Positions 30,763 to 42,038 of a DNA stretch of 64,000 nt are shown piece after piece. This DNA comes from an uncultured delta proteobacterium (GTDB lineage: Bacteria; Myxococcota; Myxococcia; Myxococcales; Myxococcaceae): positions 128,001-192,000 of the forward strand of contig CAVYSY010000021.1 in the NCBI GenBank assembly GCA_963771175.1. The letters run 5' to 3'. The translations under genes and the position numbers were made by a program. Positions within the stretch are counted from its first letter, which is position 1. Every line of letters begins with the position of its first letter. The notes beneath the pieces were generated by a model. That model was not told the DNA's origin and ran no database searches. It worked only from the letters and a program-made list of their open reading frames with translations.

Positions 30763-31976
30763 AGCTCTCCGAGCACCTTGAGCCGGCGGCTCTCCGCCAC
30801 GAAGGGGTTGGCCTTGTCCCAGGCGTAGCCCGCGAGGATGGCGGAAATCATCCGGCGGACCTCCGGCGACTGGTTGGGGTGGAAGAGAATCCGCTGGAAC
30901 TCGCCCGTGTACCAGGACTCGACGAAGGCGCGGAACGTGTTGACGCCCTCCTTGAGGGGCTGCGCGTAGTCGCGCTCCCAGTCCACCGCCTCGCCGGCAC
31001 GGCTGCGCTCGAGCGCGGCCACCGCCAGACTGGCCGACTTGAAGGCGATGGTCACGCCCGAGGAGAAGACCGGGTCGAGGAACTCGCCGGCGTTTCCGAG
31101 CAGCGCGAAGCCCCGGCCCCACAGCGACTTCACGTTGGCGGAATAGCCGGTGAGCTTGCGCGCCGGGGTGTCCCACACCGCGTCCTTCAGGAGGGTGGCG
31201 AGTGCGGGCGCCTCGTTGACGATGGTCCGCAGCCGCTCGAGGTCCGTGCCCTGGTACTGCTCGAGGAACTCCCGCCTGGCCACCACGCCCAGCGAGCAAC
31301 GGCCGTTGGAGAAGGGGATGGTCCAGTACCACACGTCCACGTGCTCGGGGTGCACCGAGATGAGAATCTTGTTCCGGTCGAAGATGCCGGGCGCCACCCG
31401 GTCCTCGATGTGGGTGAAGATGGCGCCGCGCACGGGGAAGTTGGACGGCGTCTCCAGTGCGAGCAGCCGCGGCAGGACGCGGCCGAACCCGCTGGCGTCG
31501 AGCAGGAAGTTGGCCTCCACGCCGTAGGTCTCCCCCTCGGGGGAGCGCACCGTCACCCGGGGCTTGTCCCCCTCGAGGTCCACGGCGGTGACCTCGTGCC
31601 GGAAGCGGAGGGTGGCGCCCATCCGCTCGGCGGCCTTGGCGAGGACGTGGTCGAACGTGGCGCGCTCCACCTGGTAGGTGGTGCCCCAGCCCGGCGAGAA
31701 CTTCTCCCGGAAGTCGAACTGCGTGTACGTGCTGCCGCGGGCGAAGGCCGCGCCGTTCTTGAACTGGAAGCCCGCCTCCACCACGTCACGGAGCATGCCC
31801 GCCGCCTCGATGTACTCCATGCTCTGCGGCAGCAGGCTCTCGCCGATGGAGAAGCGCGGGAACTGCTCCTTCTCCAGCATGAGCACCTCGCGCCCGTGCT
31901 TGCGCAGCAGGCCTGCCGCCACCGAGCCAGCGGGGCCCGCGCCGATGACGAGAACATCGGTCCTTTCAGTCTTCAT
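30750..31976 (-). CDS. FAD-dependent oxidoreductase / flavin-dependent halogenase-like protein
   Basis: GAGPAG, FPRFSIGESLLP, WYWTIP (WxWxIP), FLDPVFSSGV. Confidence 0.85.
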   Translation of the reverse strand: MKTERTDVLVIGAGPAGSVAAGLLRKHGREVLMLEKEQFPRFSIGESLLPQSMEYIEAAGMLRDVVEAGFQFKNGAAFARGSTYTQFDFREKFSPGWGTTYQVERATFDHVLAKAAERMGATLRFRHEVTAVDLEGDKPRVTVRSPEGETYGVEANFLLDASGFGRVLPRLLALETPSNFPVRGAIFTHIEDRVAPGIFDRNKILISVHPEHVDVWYWTIPFSNGRCSLGVVARREFLEQYQGTDLERLRTIVNEAPALATLLKDAVWDTPARKLTGYSANVKSLWGRGFALLGNAGEFLDPVFSSGVTIAFKSASLAVAALERSRAGEAVDWERDYAQPLKEGVNTFRAFVESWYTGEFQRILFHPNQSPEVRRMISAILAGYAWDKANPFVAESRRLKVLGELCAA

Positions 31977-34270
31977 GTTCTTTCCTGGTGAGGAAGGGGT
32001 CTGAAACAGGGGGTCAACATCCAGATGGTCACCTCACCCACCAGCATGGTGAGGCCGAAGGAGCGCAGGGCCGGGGTGGCCGAGAGGGCCAGCAGCCCGA
32101 AGGAGAGGAAGGTGCTCACGCCGGCCAGCGCGACGGCGAGCCACGTCGAGTCGTCGCCGGGGTGCTCGAGGAGGAAGATGCCGTAGTCCACGCCCATGCC
32201 CAGCAGGACCACCAGCCCGAGCACGGTGAAGAGCTGCAGCGGCTCGCCCATCCACCCCAGCACCCCGAGCGTGACGAGGCTCCCCAGTGCCGAGGGGGCC
32301 CAGGCCCGCAGGGCCTGGCGCCGGAAGCGAAGCGCCAGCAGCACCAGCACCGCTGCGTAGCCGGCCACGAGCAGGCCCGTCATGACGCGGCGGTAGCGCC
32401 CGAGCAGCCGCGAGACCTCCTCGGTCTTGTCCACCCAGCGCACGCCCCGCAGGCCGTCCGCGGCCCGGGCCAGGCGCGGCAGCACCGACGCGTCGTTCAG
32501 GCCGTTGAGCATCAGCACGCTGAACTGCCGGTCGCCCACCGGGCCCAGCCACTGCTGGCGGACGGCCCGGCCCACCGGGCTCGAGAGCAGCTGCCCGGGG
32601 GTGAGCGTCCCCGCGGCGAACGCGGCACGCTGAAGCTCCTCGCCCGTCGCGGTGGCCACCGCGGCCAGCACCGTCTGCTCCGCGCGGGCGCTGAGCGCCT
32701 GGTCCGCGTGCTGCTGCGCGGCCGGGGGCAGCCAGTCGGAGACCGCGCGGTAGCCGGCCAGTGCGCCCTCGGCGACCAGCGCGTCCAGCCGCTGCTTGAG
32801 CGCGGACTCGCGCACCAGGGTCTCCTCGGCATCCGCCCCCTCGACGAGGAAGAACTGGGCGGGGCTGGGCAGTGCCAGCAGCCGTCCCAGCTCCCGCTGG
32901 TCCGCGATCAGGGCCTGGGGCGCGTTCTGCAGCTGGCGCAGGTCGTCGCGGCTCTGGAGCCTCCACAGCCCTCCGGCGGTCAGCACCAGCAGCCCGCCGA
33001 GCACCAGCCCGGAGCGGAGCCCCAGGCCGAAGCGGGGCCAGCGGCCCAGCGCGGTGGAGACCCGCTCGGCGAAGCGGGTGACGGGCAGCTCGCCGCGGTC
33101 GGCCAGGGGGAACCAGCAGACCACGGTGAGGAAGGCGCCGAGCAGGCCCGCCGAGGCGAACACCGCCATCTGGCGCAGCCCCGGGAAGGGGGCCAGCCCC
33201 AGCGCGAGATACGCCACCACGCTGGTGAGCAGGGCCAGCGCCATGCCCGGCAGCAGGCGGCGCATGAGCGAGCGGCGCTCCGAGGCAGGTCTGCCCGTCC
33301 GGGCGGCGAAGTAGTGGAACCCGTAGTCCTCGGCCACGCCCACCAGGGTTGCGCCGAACACGAGCGTGAGGAGGTGGACCTGCTCGAAGAGGAGCGCGGT
33401 GACGCTCAGCGCGATGGCGGAGCCGACGAGCAGCGACACGCCGATGAGCACGATGGGCCGCACCGAGCGGAAGGTCAGCCACACCAGCAGCAGCACCGCG
33501 AGCAGCGAGCCCAGGCCGATGGTGGACATCTCCCGGCTCGCCTGGGCCGCGGCGGCCTCGGCATACAGCGGCACGCCGGCAGCCACCAGGCGCCCTCCCG
33601 GAACGGCGGAGAGGACCGCGGCGCGTGCGCGCGCCACGGCGGCGCTGACCGCCCCCTGCTCGCCGAGCGCGAAGGAGGAGACGGTGCCGCGGTAGGACAG
33701 CAGCACCCACTCGCGGCCCTCGCCCGAGAGCCACAGCCGGCCCTCGCGGGGGCGGGCCGCACTCTCCGCGGCGCGCGCCGCCCACCAGTCGGGCCAGAGG
33801 CCGAGCGGGTCGGCGTTCCACTCCGTCAGCCGCGGTCCGGCCGGCTGGTAGAGCTTCATCAGCGCCGTGGCCGCCAGCTCCTTCTCGCTCGCGCGCGCCA
33901 GCCACTCCCGCTGGCCGGGCGTCAGCAGCCGGTCGCGGTAGGGCAGGTAGAACGCCACGGCGTCCTCCAGGGCGGAGGCATCCAGGGCGGAGGGCTCCAG
34001 CGGCGCGCCGGAGTCCGAGAGCGCGCGGGCCGCCACCTCCGCGGCGCGCTGGGCCGCAGGCCAATCGGGGCCGCCCACCAGCAGCACCAGCTCGCGTCCG
34101 GCCTCGTCGGCCAGCCTCCGGGTGGCGGCGCCCACCTCCGGGGCCTGCTCGTCCTCCGGCAGGAGCGCGAGCACGTCGGTGTCCAGGCGCGTCGAGCGCC
34201 AGAAGGAGACCTGGTGCACGCCCACGGCGAGCACGAGCACGGTCCAGAGGATGGCCAGTCTACTTCCCAA
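31973..34270 (-). CDS. MMPL/RND-family exporter (APE cluster)
   Basis: DTDVLALLP, about 12 TM segments, GVAEDY and GMGVDY motifs. Confidence 0.88.
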   Translation of the reverse strand: MGSRLAILWTVLVLAVGVHQVSFWRSTRLDTDVLALLPEDEQAPEVGAATRRLADEAGRELVLLVGGPDWPAAQRAAEVAARALSDSGAPLEPSALDASALEDAVAFYLPYRDRLLTPGQREWLARASEKELAATALMKLYQPAGPRLTEWNADPLGLWPDWWAARAAESAARPREGRLWLSGEGREWVLLSYRGTVSSFALGEQGAVSAAVARARAAVLSAVPGGRLVAAGVPLYAEAAAAQASREMSTIGLGSLLAVLLLVWLTFRSVRPIVLIGVSLLVGSAIALSVTALLFEQVHLLTLVFGATLVGVAEDYGFHYFAARTGRPASERRSLMRRLLPGMALALLTSVVAYLALGLAPFPGLRQMAVFASAGLLGAFLTVVCWFPLADRGELPVTRFAERVSTALGRWPRFGLGLRSGLVLGGLLVLTAGGLWRLQSRDDLRQLQNAPQALIADQRELGRLLALPSPAQFFLVEGADAEETLVRESALKQRLDALVAEGALAGYRAVSDWLPPAAQQHADQALSARAEQTVLAAVATATGEELQRAAFAAGTLTPGQLLSSPVGRAVRQQWLGPVGDRQFSVLMLNGLNDASVLPRLARAADGLRGVRWVDKTEEVSRLLGRYRRVMTGLLVAGYAAVLVLLALRFRRQALRAWAPSALGSLVTLGVLGWMGEPLQLFTVLGLVVLLGMGVDYGIFLLEHPGDDSTWLAVALAGVSTFLSFGLLALSATPALRSFGLTMLVGEVTIWMLTPCFRPLPHQERT

Positions 34271-34866
34271 GGCGCTCGGTCTCCGCGGGGTCAGGCGGCG
34301 GCGTCTGCGCCAGTTGGTCGAAGCGGATGCGGGTGGAGTCGCCCCGGACCTCCTCGAGCTCGACCTGGCGGACGAACGTGTCTCCCTCGAGCCGCACGCG
34401 CCGGAACAGCCGGGACACGCTGGCGTCCGTCGGAATCAGGGTGAGCTTCCACCCTCCCTTGGCGACCAGCTCGCCCTCGAGGCGGAAGCGCGTGGCGAGC
34501 ACCGACAAGTCCCCGGAGACCAGCGCGAGCAGCAGCTCGTTCACCGCGGTGAGCGCCGGCTCCCGGCTCGACTCCAGCTGGTACGCAGCGCCCCCCTCCT
34601 GCTCCGCGCGCAGGGACTTGCGGGTGACCGTCAGGCTCGAGGCAAAGGGGCTGCGGGTGTTCCAGAGCACCCCCTGGCCGCGCACGACGAGGAAGTCACC
34701 GCGCGAGACGCAGCGGCTTCTTGAAGCCCGCCACCGTCTTCTGCTGCTCGAAGCTGCCCCGCAGGACCGGCGCATCCACCAGACGCGCGCGCACGCCCGC
34801 CGCCAGGTCGGCGGCCAGGGCAGGGGTGCAGAGGAGGACCCACAAGAGCGTCAGCAGGCGTCTCAT
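34260..34866 (-). CDS. LolA-like lipoprotein carrier protein, frameshift near 34710
   Basis: Signal peptide; GSFEQQKTVAGFKKPL then SRGDFLVVRGQGVLWNTRSPF. Confidence 0.8.
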
Positions 34867-35282
34867 TCCGGGCGCACCCCCAGGCGCTCCCACAGGATGG
34901 AGGGGCAGACGTACTGCAGCTCCCGGGTGGCAATGGAGACCGCCACCTGGAGGGTGTGGGCCACGGTCACCTTGCGGCCGGAGAGCGCGTCGCGCACCTG
35001 GTAGTCCACCCGCAGGCGGTTCTCCCACTCGGTGATTTCCGCGCGGATGCGCACCTTCTGCCCGAACACCATGGGGGCCACGTACTTCACCCGCATGTCG
35101 ACGATGGGCCAGAGGAATCCGGACTCGCGCATCTGCGGGTAGTCGTAGTCGAACTTCGACAGCAGCGCGCAGCGGGCCAGCTCCAGGTACTTCACGTAGT
35201 TGCCGTGCCAGACCACCTCCATCGGGTCGAGGTCGTGGAAGGCGGGCGACAGCTCGATTTCGTGGCTCAGGTCAGGCTTCAT
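34863..35282 (-). CDS. Acyl-CoA thioesterase (4HBT/YbgC family)
   Basis: FHDLDPMEVVWHGNYVKYLELAR motif. Confidence 0.9.
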   Translation of the reverse strand: MKPDLSHEIELSPAFHDLDPMEVVWHGNYVKYLELARCALLSKFDYDYPQMRESGFLWPIVDMRVKYVAPMVFGQKVRIRAEITEWENRLRVDYQVRDALSGRKVTVAHTLQVAVSIATRELQYVCPSILWERLGVRPE

Positions 35283-36833
35283 ACAGCTCCCACTCCCTCA
35301 GCCGGATGGCCCCCAGCAGCGCCTGGAGGTCGCGGTCGAGCGCGCGGTCCTCCACCACCAGCGGGATGCGCCCGTTCAGGTCCGACTCCATGGACGAGAG
35401 GGCGGGCCCGAGCTTCATTTCGCTGTCGAGGCGCCGGCGCAGGGCCAGACCCTGCCGGCAGGCGATGAGCATGGCCGCCACCACCTGCTCGGTGAGCTCC
35501 AGCACCCGCAGGCAGTCGCGCGCGGCGATGGTGCCCATGCTCACCTTGTCCTGGTTGTGGCACTCGGTGGAGCGGGAGAAGACGGAGGCCGGCATCGTCT
35601 GCTTGAGCGCCTCGGCCGTCCACGCGGACACACTGATTTGCAGCGCCTTGAGGCCGTGATTGATGGCCGCGCGGGGCCCCACCGCGCCGGAGAGGTTGGC
35701 GGGCAGGCCGTGGTTGAAGCGGCCATCCACGAGCAGCGCGAGCTGCCGGTCGAGCAGGTCGGCCACGTTGGCCACCGCGTTCTTCAGCCCGTCCATGGCG
35801 AAGGCGATGTGCCCGCCGTAGAAGTGGCCCCCGTGCAGCACGCGCTGCCCCTCGGGGTCGACGATGGGGTTGTCGTTCGCGCTGTTGAGCTCGTTCTCGA
35901 TGAGCGTGCGGAAGAAGGGGAGGGCGTCCTCCAGGACGCCGATCACATGGGGCGCGCAGCGCAGCGAGTAGCGGTCCTGCAGGCGCTGCTCGTTGCGGCT
36001 GGGCCGCTCGGAGGCCAGGTCCTCCCGCAGCCGCGCCGCCACGCGCTGCTGGCCCGGGTGGGGCTTCACCGCGAAGAGGGCCTCGTCGAAGTGGTGCGCG
36101 TTGCCGGCGCTGGCCAGGACGTTGAGGGCGGTGATGCGGGTGGCGAGCCGGCACACGTAGTCGGCGCGCTGCCACGCCAGACAGGCCAGGGCGGTCATGA
36201 CCGCCGTGCCGTTCATGATGGCCAGCCCCTCTTTGGGACGGAGCCGCAGGGGCGCGAGGCCCAGCTCGCGGAACACCTCCGCCGTGGGGCGCCGCGCGCC
36301 CCGGTACCACACCTCGCGCTCGCCGCAGAGCACGGCCGCCACGTAGGAGAGGGGGGTGAGGTCTCCGCTGGCCCCCACCGAGCCCTCGGCGGGGATGAGG
36401 GGCAGGATGTCGTGCGCGAGCAGCAGCTCCAGCTGGCGCAGCAGCCCCAGGCTCACGCCGGACACCCCCTGCGCGAGCGAGGCCAGCCGGGTCGCCAGCA
36501 CCGCCCGCGTCTCCTCCGGCGTCAGCAGCCGGCCGGCCCCGAGCCGTGGTAGGTGTAGAGGTGGTGCGGCAGCTCCGCGACCAGCTCCGGCGGGATGGCC
36601 ACCGTGCAGGAGTCCCCGTACCCGGTGGTGACGCCGTAGATGACGCCGTCCTCCGCCAGCAGGCGGTCGAGGAACTCCGCGCCACGGGAGATGCGGCGGC
36701 GGAACTCCGTGGAGGTGCCCAGCTCGGCGGTGCACTCGCGCCGCGAGATGCGGACCACGTCCTCGAGGGACAGCCGGGTCCCATCGAAGCACACCGTGCG
36801 CTCAGGGCTGGATGCGGGCAGGGGCAGAGACAT
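35272..36833 (-). CDS. Aromatic amino acid ammonia-lyase (HAL/PAL/TAL family), frameshift near 36540
   Basis: IYGVTTGYG, GSVGASGDL (MIO-forming ASG), KEGLAIMNGT, QDRYSLRC, HNQDKVSMG. Confidence 0.9.
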
Positions 36834-37753
36834 GCGCTTGGTCCCAGAAGGGGAAGAAGTTGAACCAGTCGTAGGGCGAGCGCTCGAGCAGCGCCGTCAC
36901 CCGGCGGGCGTAGTGGCTGGCGTAGCCGCTCAGCGCCGCCTCGCGCCTTCCGCGCGGCAGCTCCACGCGCTCCGTCAGGCACTCGAAGTGGATGGTGTAG
37001 CCCCGCCCCTCGTGGATGCACACCAGCAGGTAGAGGGGGCACTTCAGGAGGGAGGCCAGCACGTAGGGGCCCACCGGAAAGGGCGCGGGATGGCCGAGGA
37101 ACTCCGCCCGCACCATCTGGGTGGAGCCCACCGGAATGCGGTCCCCGGCAATCACCACGAACTCGCCGGCGGAGACGCGCTCGTGCAGCGCGACGGCCGT
37201 GGCCGGGCCGAGCTCGGTGACCTCCATGAGCTGGAACCCGCTGTCGGGGCTCAGCCGCTGCAGCATCGCGGTTGAAACGCTCGGCGTGCCGGGTGTGCAC
37301 GAGGATGGTGAGCTTCACCTCGCCGCGGCGCTCGGCCATCACCCGGCACAGCTCGAGGCAGCCCATGTGGGCGGTCACGATGATGCCGCCCCGCCCCTCC
37401 TTGGCCACCTCGTAGAACTGCTCCCGTCCCTCGGTGCGGACGTGCTCGAAGCGATAGCGGCCGCTGACCGCCAGCAGCTTGTCCAGCATCGTCTCGGCGA
37501 ACGCCGTGACGTGGCGCAGGCTGTCCCTCCAGCCCGGCTCGTGGCCGAGCGCGCCGGTCGCGCTCTGGACGCGGTCCAGGTACTGGAGCGAGGCGGCGCG
37601 GATGGTGGGCGCGGCGAGCCAGTGCAGCGCGACCACCGGAGCCAGGCACAGGCGGAACGGCCAGCGCCCCAGCAGCCGGTGGACCTGGTACAGCAGCCAG
37701 ATTCCGGCCACGAAGGTGCTCTCCCCCATGTCCGCCCAGTGGCGCGTCTTCAT
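36802..37753 (-). CDS. LpxL-like acyltransferase (APE cluster), frameshift near 37270
   Basis: MKTRHWADMGE, VTAHMGCLE, IAGDR, FLGHPAPFPVGP, PYDWFNFFPFW. Confidence 0.82.
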
Positions 37754-38490
37754 GAGGCCACCTTGCGCCACAGCAGCAGCGGCAGCCGCAGCAGCATTCC
37801 GAAGAAGAGCCGCGCGTGCATGCGCGGAGATGCGCACGTTGTCCCGAGCACGTCGAAGTGGGAGATGCCGTCGGTGGGGTAGTGCACCCGGGTGCGCCTG
37901 GTTGAGGATGCGCATCCCCCGCCAGAACAGCCGCACGAGGACCTCCACGTCGAAGTCCATCCGCTTGCCGAGCTTCACCGAGTCGATGAGCGCCACCGTG
38001 GGCGCGAGCGGATAGACGCGGAAGCCGCACATCGAGTCGCGGATGGCGAGGGAGAGGGTGTTGATCCACACCCAGACGTGGGTGAGGTAGCGGCCGTACA
38101 GCCGGCCCTTGGGCACCGACGCGTCGTAGATGGGCGTCCCGCAGACGAGCGCGTCCGGGTTCTGCTCCGCCAGCGCGAGGAAGCGCGGGATGTCGCCGGT
38201 GTCGTGCTGCCCGTCCGCGTCGATCTGCAGCGCATGGGTGAAGCCCCGCTCCTTCGCCGCGCGCAGGCCGGCCATCATCGCGCCGCCCTTGCCCTGGTTC
38301 TGGGGAAGGCGGACGAGGTGGATGCCCTCGGGGTCGCGCTGCCGCCAGCCCGTCCAGCACCGCCGCGCACCGCGGCCCGCTCCCGTCGTCCACGAGCACG
38401 CAGGGCAGGCCATGGCCGCGCACCGCGCGTGGCCACCGCGCCCACCGCCTCGCCATGGTCGTAGACCGGAATGACTGCACAGGTCCTCAT
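37750..38490 (-). CDS. Glycosyltransferase family 2, frameshifted
   Basis: AVIPVYDH, LVDDGS, NQGKGGA, QIDADGQH, DSMCGFRVYP. Confidence 0.85.
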
Positions 38491-40181
38491 GCCCTGCCTC
38501 CGCCGAAGAGGATGCGGCCGTTGGCGTGACTGCCGGAAGCCGACGTGAGTTTGAAGCCGAGGCTTCCCCGCTCGGCATTCCAGGTGAGCTCCAGGGACAG
38601 GAGCGTGCCGGGCACGATGACCTGCTGGAACTTCACCGCCTCCATCCCGAGGAAGTCCGGGGGGAGCGCGAAGAGCTCGCGGCCGAACTGGATGGCCCAC
38701 TCCAGCTGCGTGACGCCGGGCAGGATGGGCTTGCCGGGAAAGTGGCCCTCGAAGAAGGGCGAGCGGGAGGAGGCCTCGAGCTCGAGCACGGCCCGGCTGC
38801 TGGTGCGCTCGCGCACGCGCATCTGCGGCCGGCGCGGGTCGAAGAGGGCGGCCAGCGCCGCTTCGGTCGTCTTCCCCTGGGGATTGACGGGCATCGCCTC
38901 CACGTAGCGGAAGCGGCGCGGCAGGACACTGGGCTCGAACCGGCTCGACAGCGCCTGCCTGAGTGCTTCGTTCAGGGCCCGCTGTCCGTCCTCCGCGTGG
39001 CGCTTCCAGCCGGCCTCCTCCGGGACGGCAACGACCGCCAGGGTGAGCCGCGGCCCCGGAAGCGGGAGGACCCTCGCCTCGCGCAGCAGGCCCGTCTCCA
39101 GGAGGGCCCGCTCGACGGCGCCGAGCGAGACGCGCTTCTCCTCCACCTTCACGATGCGGTCGCGGCGCCCGAGCAGCTCGAAGCCCTCTCCCACCAGCCG
39201 CACGCGGTCCTCGCCGCGGAACCACTCGCCCTCGGGCAGGTGGGGCGAGCGCACCCGCAGCACCTCCTCGTCCGCGGCCACCTCCACGCCCGGCAACACC
39301 CGCCAGGGGGCCGCGCCGTCCGTGCCGCGCTGGCGCCAGGCGACGCCCCCCGTCTCGGAGCTGCCGTAGACTTCGACGGGGGCCTGGCCGAGCAGCGCGC
39401 GGCAGCCGGGCAGCGCCTCCTCCGGCAGGGGCCCGCCCGAGGAGAACACCGCCCTCAGGTTGCCGCGCACCCCCGCCCAGTCGAGCTGCCGCGGCAGCCG
39501 CTTGAGGTGGGCCGGGCTGGCTACCAGTGCGGCCGGGCCGTGCCGGAGCGCCGAGACGATGTCCTCGGGATAGGGGAGGCTGTGTGCCTCGAAGGGGCGC
39601 CCGGCCGCCAGGGGCCAGAGGACCCGGAAGAGCAGCCCGTAGATGTGCTGGTGCGACACCGTCGCGAGCACCCGGGCCTCGCCCAGCTGCGCCCCCCACA
39701 GCTGCTGCAGGGTGGCGACCTCGCTGAAGAGCTGGGCCAGCCGCTTGGGGATGGCGGTGGGCTCACCGCTGGAGCCGGAGGTGTAGACCACCAGCGCCTG
39801 TGCGTCCGGAGAGAGCAGCTGCCAGCCTCCCTCGTCGCCCTGCGCGAGCGGCGCCAGCGGCGAGAGCTCCGGGGGCAGACTCCCCGCGAAGCCGTCCACC
39901 TGCTCGCGGGCCCGTGCCAGGGTCGCCGGCTGGGCGTCGGACAGCAGCCAGGCGCACCTGTCCGCGTGCCAGGCGCCGAGCAGCGCGGCGGCGAACTCGA
40001 AGGTGTCCTCGAAGTAGAGCCCCCAGCGGCGGCCCGGCCGCGACGCGAAGGCCGCGCGCCAGCCCGCCGCCCGCGCGGCCAGCGCGGCGAAGTCCAGCAC
40101 CCGGCCCTCGCGGAAGGCGACCGGATGGGTGGGCGCGCGGCCCCGGCTCAGGAGCCCTTCGAGTCCGCGGAACTCAGCCAT
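38487..40181 (-). CDS. AMP-binding acyl-ACP synthetase fused to a C-terminal hotdog dehydratase (ApeH-ApeI-like)
   Basis: YTSGSSGEP, YGSSETGG, GRRDRIVK; C-terminal FFEGHFPGKPILPGV. Confidence 0.87.
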   Translation of the reverse strand: MAEFRGLEGLLSRGRAPTHPVAFREGRVLDFAALAARAAGWRAAFASRPGRRWGLYFEDTFEFAAALLGAWHADRCAWLLSDAQPATLARAREQVDGFAGSLPPELSPLAPLAQGDEGGWQLLSPDAQALVVYTSGSSGEPTAIPKRLAQLFSEVATLQQLWGAQLGEARVLATVSHQHIYGLLFRVLWPLAAGRPFEAHSLPYPEDIVSALRHGPAALVASPAHLKRLPRQLDWAGVRGNLRAVFSSGGPLPEEALPGCRALLGQAPVEVYGSSETGGVAWRQRGTDGAAPWRVLPGVEVAADEEVLRVRSPHLPEGEWFRGEDRVRLVGEGFELLGRRDRIVKVEEKRVSLGAVERALLETGLLREARVLPLPGPRLTLAVVAVPEEAGWKRHAEDGQRALNEALRQALSSRFEPSVLPRRFRYVEAMPVNPQGKTTEAALAALFDPRRPQMRVRERTSSRAVLELEASSRSPFFEGHFPGKPILPGVTQLEWAIQFGRELFALPPDFLGMEAVKFQQVIVPGTLLSLELTWNAERGSLGFKLTSASGSHANGRILFGGGRA

Positions 40182-40727
40182 GGGTCTGCCTCGCTCTCAC
40201 CGCCGCCGCACCAGCCACTCGCCGGCGAACAGCAGCCCCATCAGCACGTAGGCGACCAGCCCGTTGTACAGCGCCCAGCCCGCGTCGCTGGCCCACAGGG
40301 CCGTGCAGAGCGCGAGGCCGCCGTTGAGCACGAAGAAGCCGCACCACACCTGCGTCACCCGCCGCGTGTAGCGCCACTCCGGAGGGCGGCAGGTCCGGCT
40401 CGCGCAGCCGCGCCAGACGCTCGATCGCACTGGGCGGGTAGGCGAGGCTGGTCGCGAACACCACGAGGAGCACCCCGTTCACCAGGACCGGATAGAGCTT
40501 CAGCGGCAGGGCGTGATTGCCCAGGATGCTGGAGGCCGCGAGCAGCACCGGCCCCCAGCGCGGCCACCAGCCAGACGCGCTCCCGCGTGGCCAGCGCCCG
40601 CACCACGGCCATGCCCACCAGGGGCAGGGCCATCCAGCGGGGCTCGAAGCGTCCCAGCCCGAGGTAGACGAGCAGGGGGTAGGCGACCGTCAGCAGGCCT
40701 ATCAGGACTGGCGCGAAGCACCTTCAC
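40174..40727 (-). CDS. COG4648-like membrane protein (APE cluster), frameshifted
   Basis: AYPLLVYLGL, LKLYPVLVN, YTRRVTQVWCGFFVLNG, WALYNGLVAY in successive frames. Confidence 0.75.
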
Positions 40728-40985
40728 GCCGCGGCTGACGTCGTTGAGGCAGCGCCGTGCAGCGCGTCCACCACGTCCTGCAGCGTGCGCACCGACTTGA
40801 AGACCTCCGGCTCCAGGCGCTTGCCGACCACCGGCTTGAGCTTCACGAGCAGGTCGACCGCGTCGATGCTGTCGATGTCCAGGTCCTCGCGCAGCTGGGC
40901 CTCCGGCGTGATGCGCTCGGGCTCGATTTCGAAGGTCTCCTGCAGGATGGCGCTTCAGCTGCTCGAACAGTTCCTGCTTGCTCAT
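40724..40985 (-). CDS. Acyl carrier protein 2, frameshifted
   Basis: MSKQELFEQLK...DLDIDSIDAVDL...FKSVRTLQDVV. Confidence 0.85.
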
Positions 40986-41010
40986 GGCTCTTCCGTGAGT
41001 GGGTGTGGAG

Positions 41011-41272
41011 TCAGACGTTGCGGTGGGCGCTGACGAACTCCGCGAGCGCACGCACGCTGGCGAAGTGGCGCCGGTTCTCGGCCGAGTCGGCGGAGAGCTT
41101 CACGCCGTACCGCTTCTGCAGCGCCAGGCCGAGCTCCAGCGCGTCGATGGAGTCCAGCCCGAGCCCCTCGACGAAGAGCGGCGCGGCGGCGTCGATGTCC
41201 GCCGGAGTGATGTCCTCGAGGTTGAGCGCCTCGATGATGCAGCTCCTTGATTTCCTGTTCAAGCGTCTGCAT
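41011..41272 (-). CDS. Acyl carrier protein 1, frameshift near 41240
   Basis: MQTLEQEIKE then IIEALNLEDI...GLGLDSIDALEL. Confidence 0.87.
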
Positions 41273-42038
41273 GGCGTGTTTGCTCCTGCGAGAAGTCCGC
41301 TTGCAGCCGGGCCGTGAGCTGCCGGGCCGCGAGCGACTCGCTGCCCGGCTCGGCGAGCAGCGGCGCCACGGGCAGGTCGTCACCGACCCGGATGGTGAAG
41401 GCCATGGGGCGGGGGGGCACCTGCCACCAGGCCGCCTCCTTGTTGAGGCCGAGCGGCTCGCAGCGGATGGTGACCGGGGTGATGTCGCACGGGCCCCGCA
41501 CCGCGATGTTGGCGGCCCCGCGCTGCAACTGCATGGGGCGGTTGAGGCGGGTGCGGGTCCCCTCCGGGAAGATGATGAGGTTGTTGCCGGCCTTCACCGA
41601 GGCGATGCAGTCGCGTACCAGGCCGGGACCCGAGTCGTTGCAGAGATATCCGGTGGCGCGGATGGGGCCGCGGGTGAACGGGTTCCTGGCCAGGCTCGCC
41701 TTCACCACGCAGTCCGCGTTCGGCACCAGCGCCACCAGGAACACGACGTCAATCAGCGTGGGGTGGTTGGCCACGATGAGCAGTCCCTGCCGGGCCAGCT
41801 TCTCCACGCCCTCGATGCGATAGCGCAGCACCCCGAGGCAGCGCATCCACTCGATGAAGAACCTGAAGCTGTGGTGCACCGCCAGCCGCGCCAGCCGCGT
41901 GAGCCGCGACCGGTCCCGCACGAAGAGCTGCAGCAGCGGGAAGTAGACGAGCCACAGCAGCAGCCCCCCCAGGCCGAACGTCGCGAAGGAGATGGCCGTG
42001 GCGACGACACGCCAGCCGCGCTCGAGCCTCTCAAGCAT
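41259..42038 (-). CDS. PlsC-like lysophospholipid acyltransferase
   Basis: ANHPTLID and IFPEGTR motifs. Confidence 0.9.
   Translation of the reverse strand: MLERLERGWRVVATAISFATFGLGGLLLWLVYFPLLQLFVRDRSRLTRLARLAVHHSFRFFIEWMRCLGVLRYRIEGVEKLARQGLLIVANHPTLIDVVFLVALVPNADCVVKASLARNPFTRGPIRATGYLCNDSGPGLVRDCIASVKAGNNLIIFPEGTRTRLNRPMQLQRGAANIAVRGPCDITPVTIRCEPLGLNKEAAWWQVPPRPMAFTIRVGDDLPVAPLLAEPGSESLAARQLTARLQADFSQEQTRHADA

Noticed and set aside
35279..38578. 1099-aa ORF appearing to fuse glycosyltransferase, acyltransferase and more
   Set aside because: It is a chimera of frame fragments joined by indels; separate ATGA-coupled genes explain the motifs.
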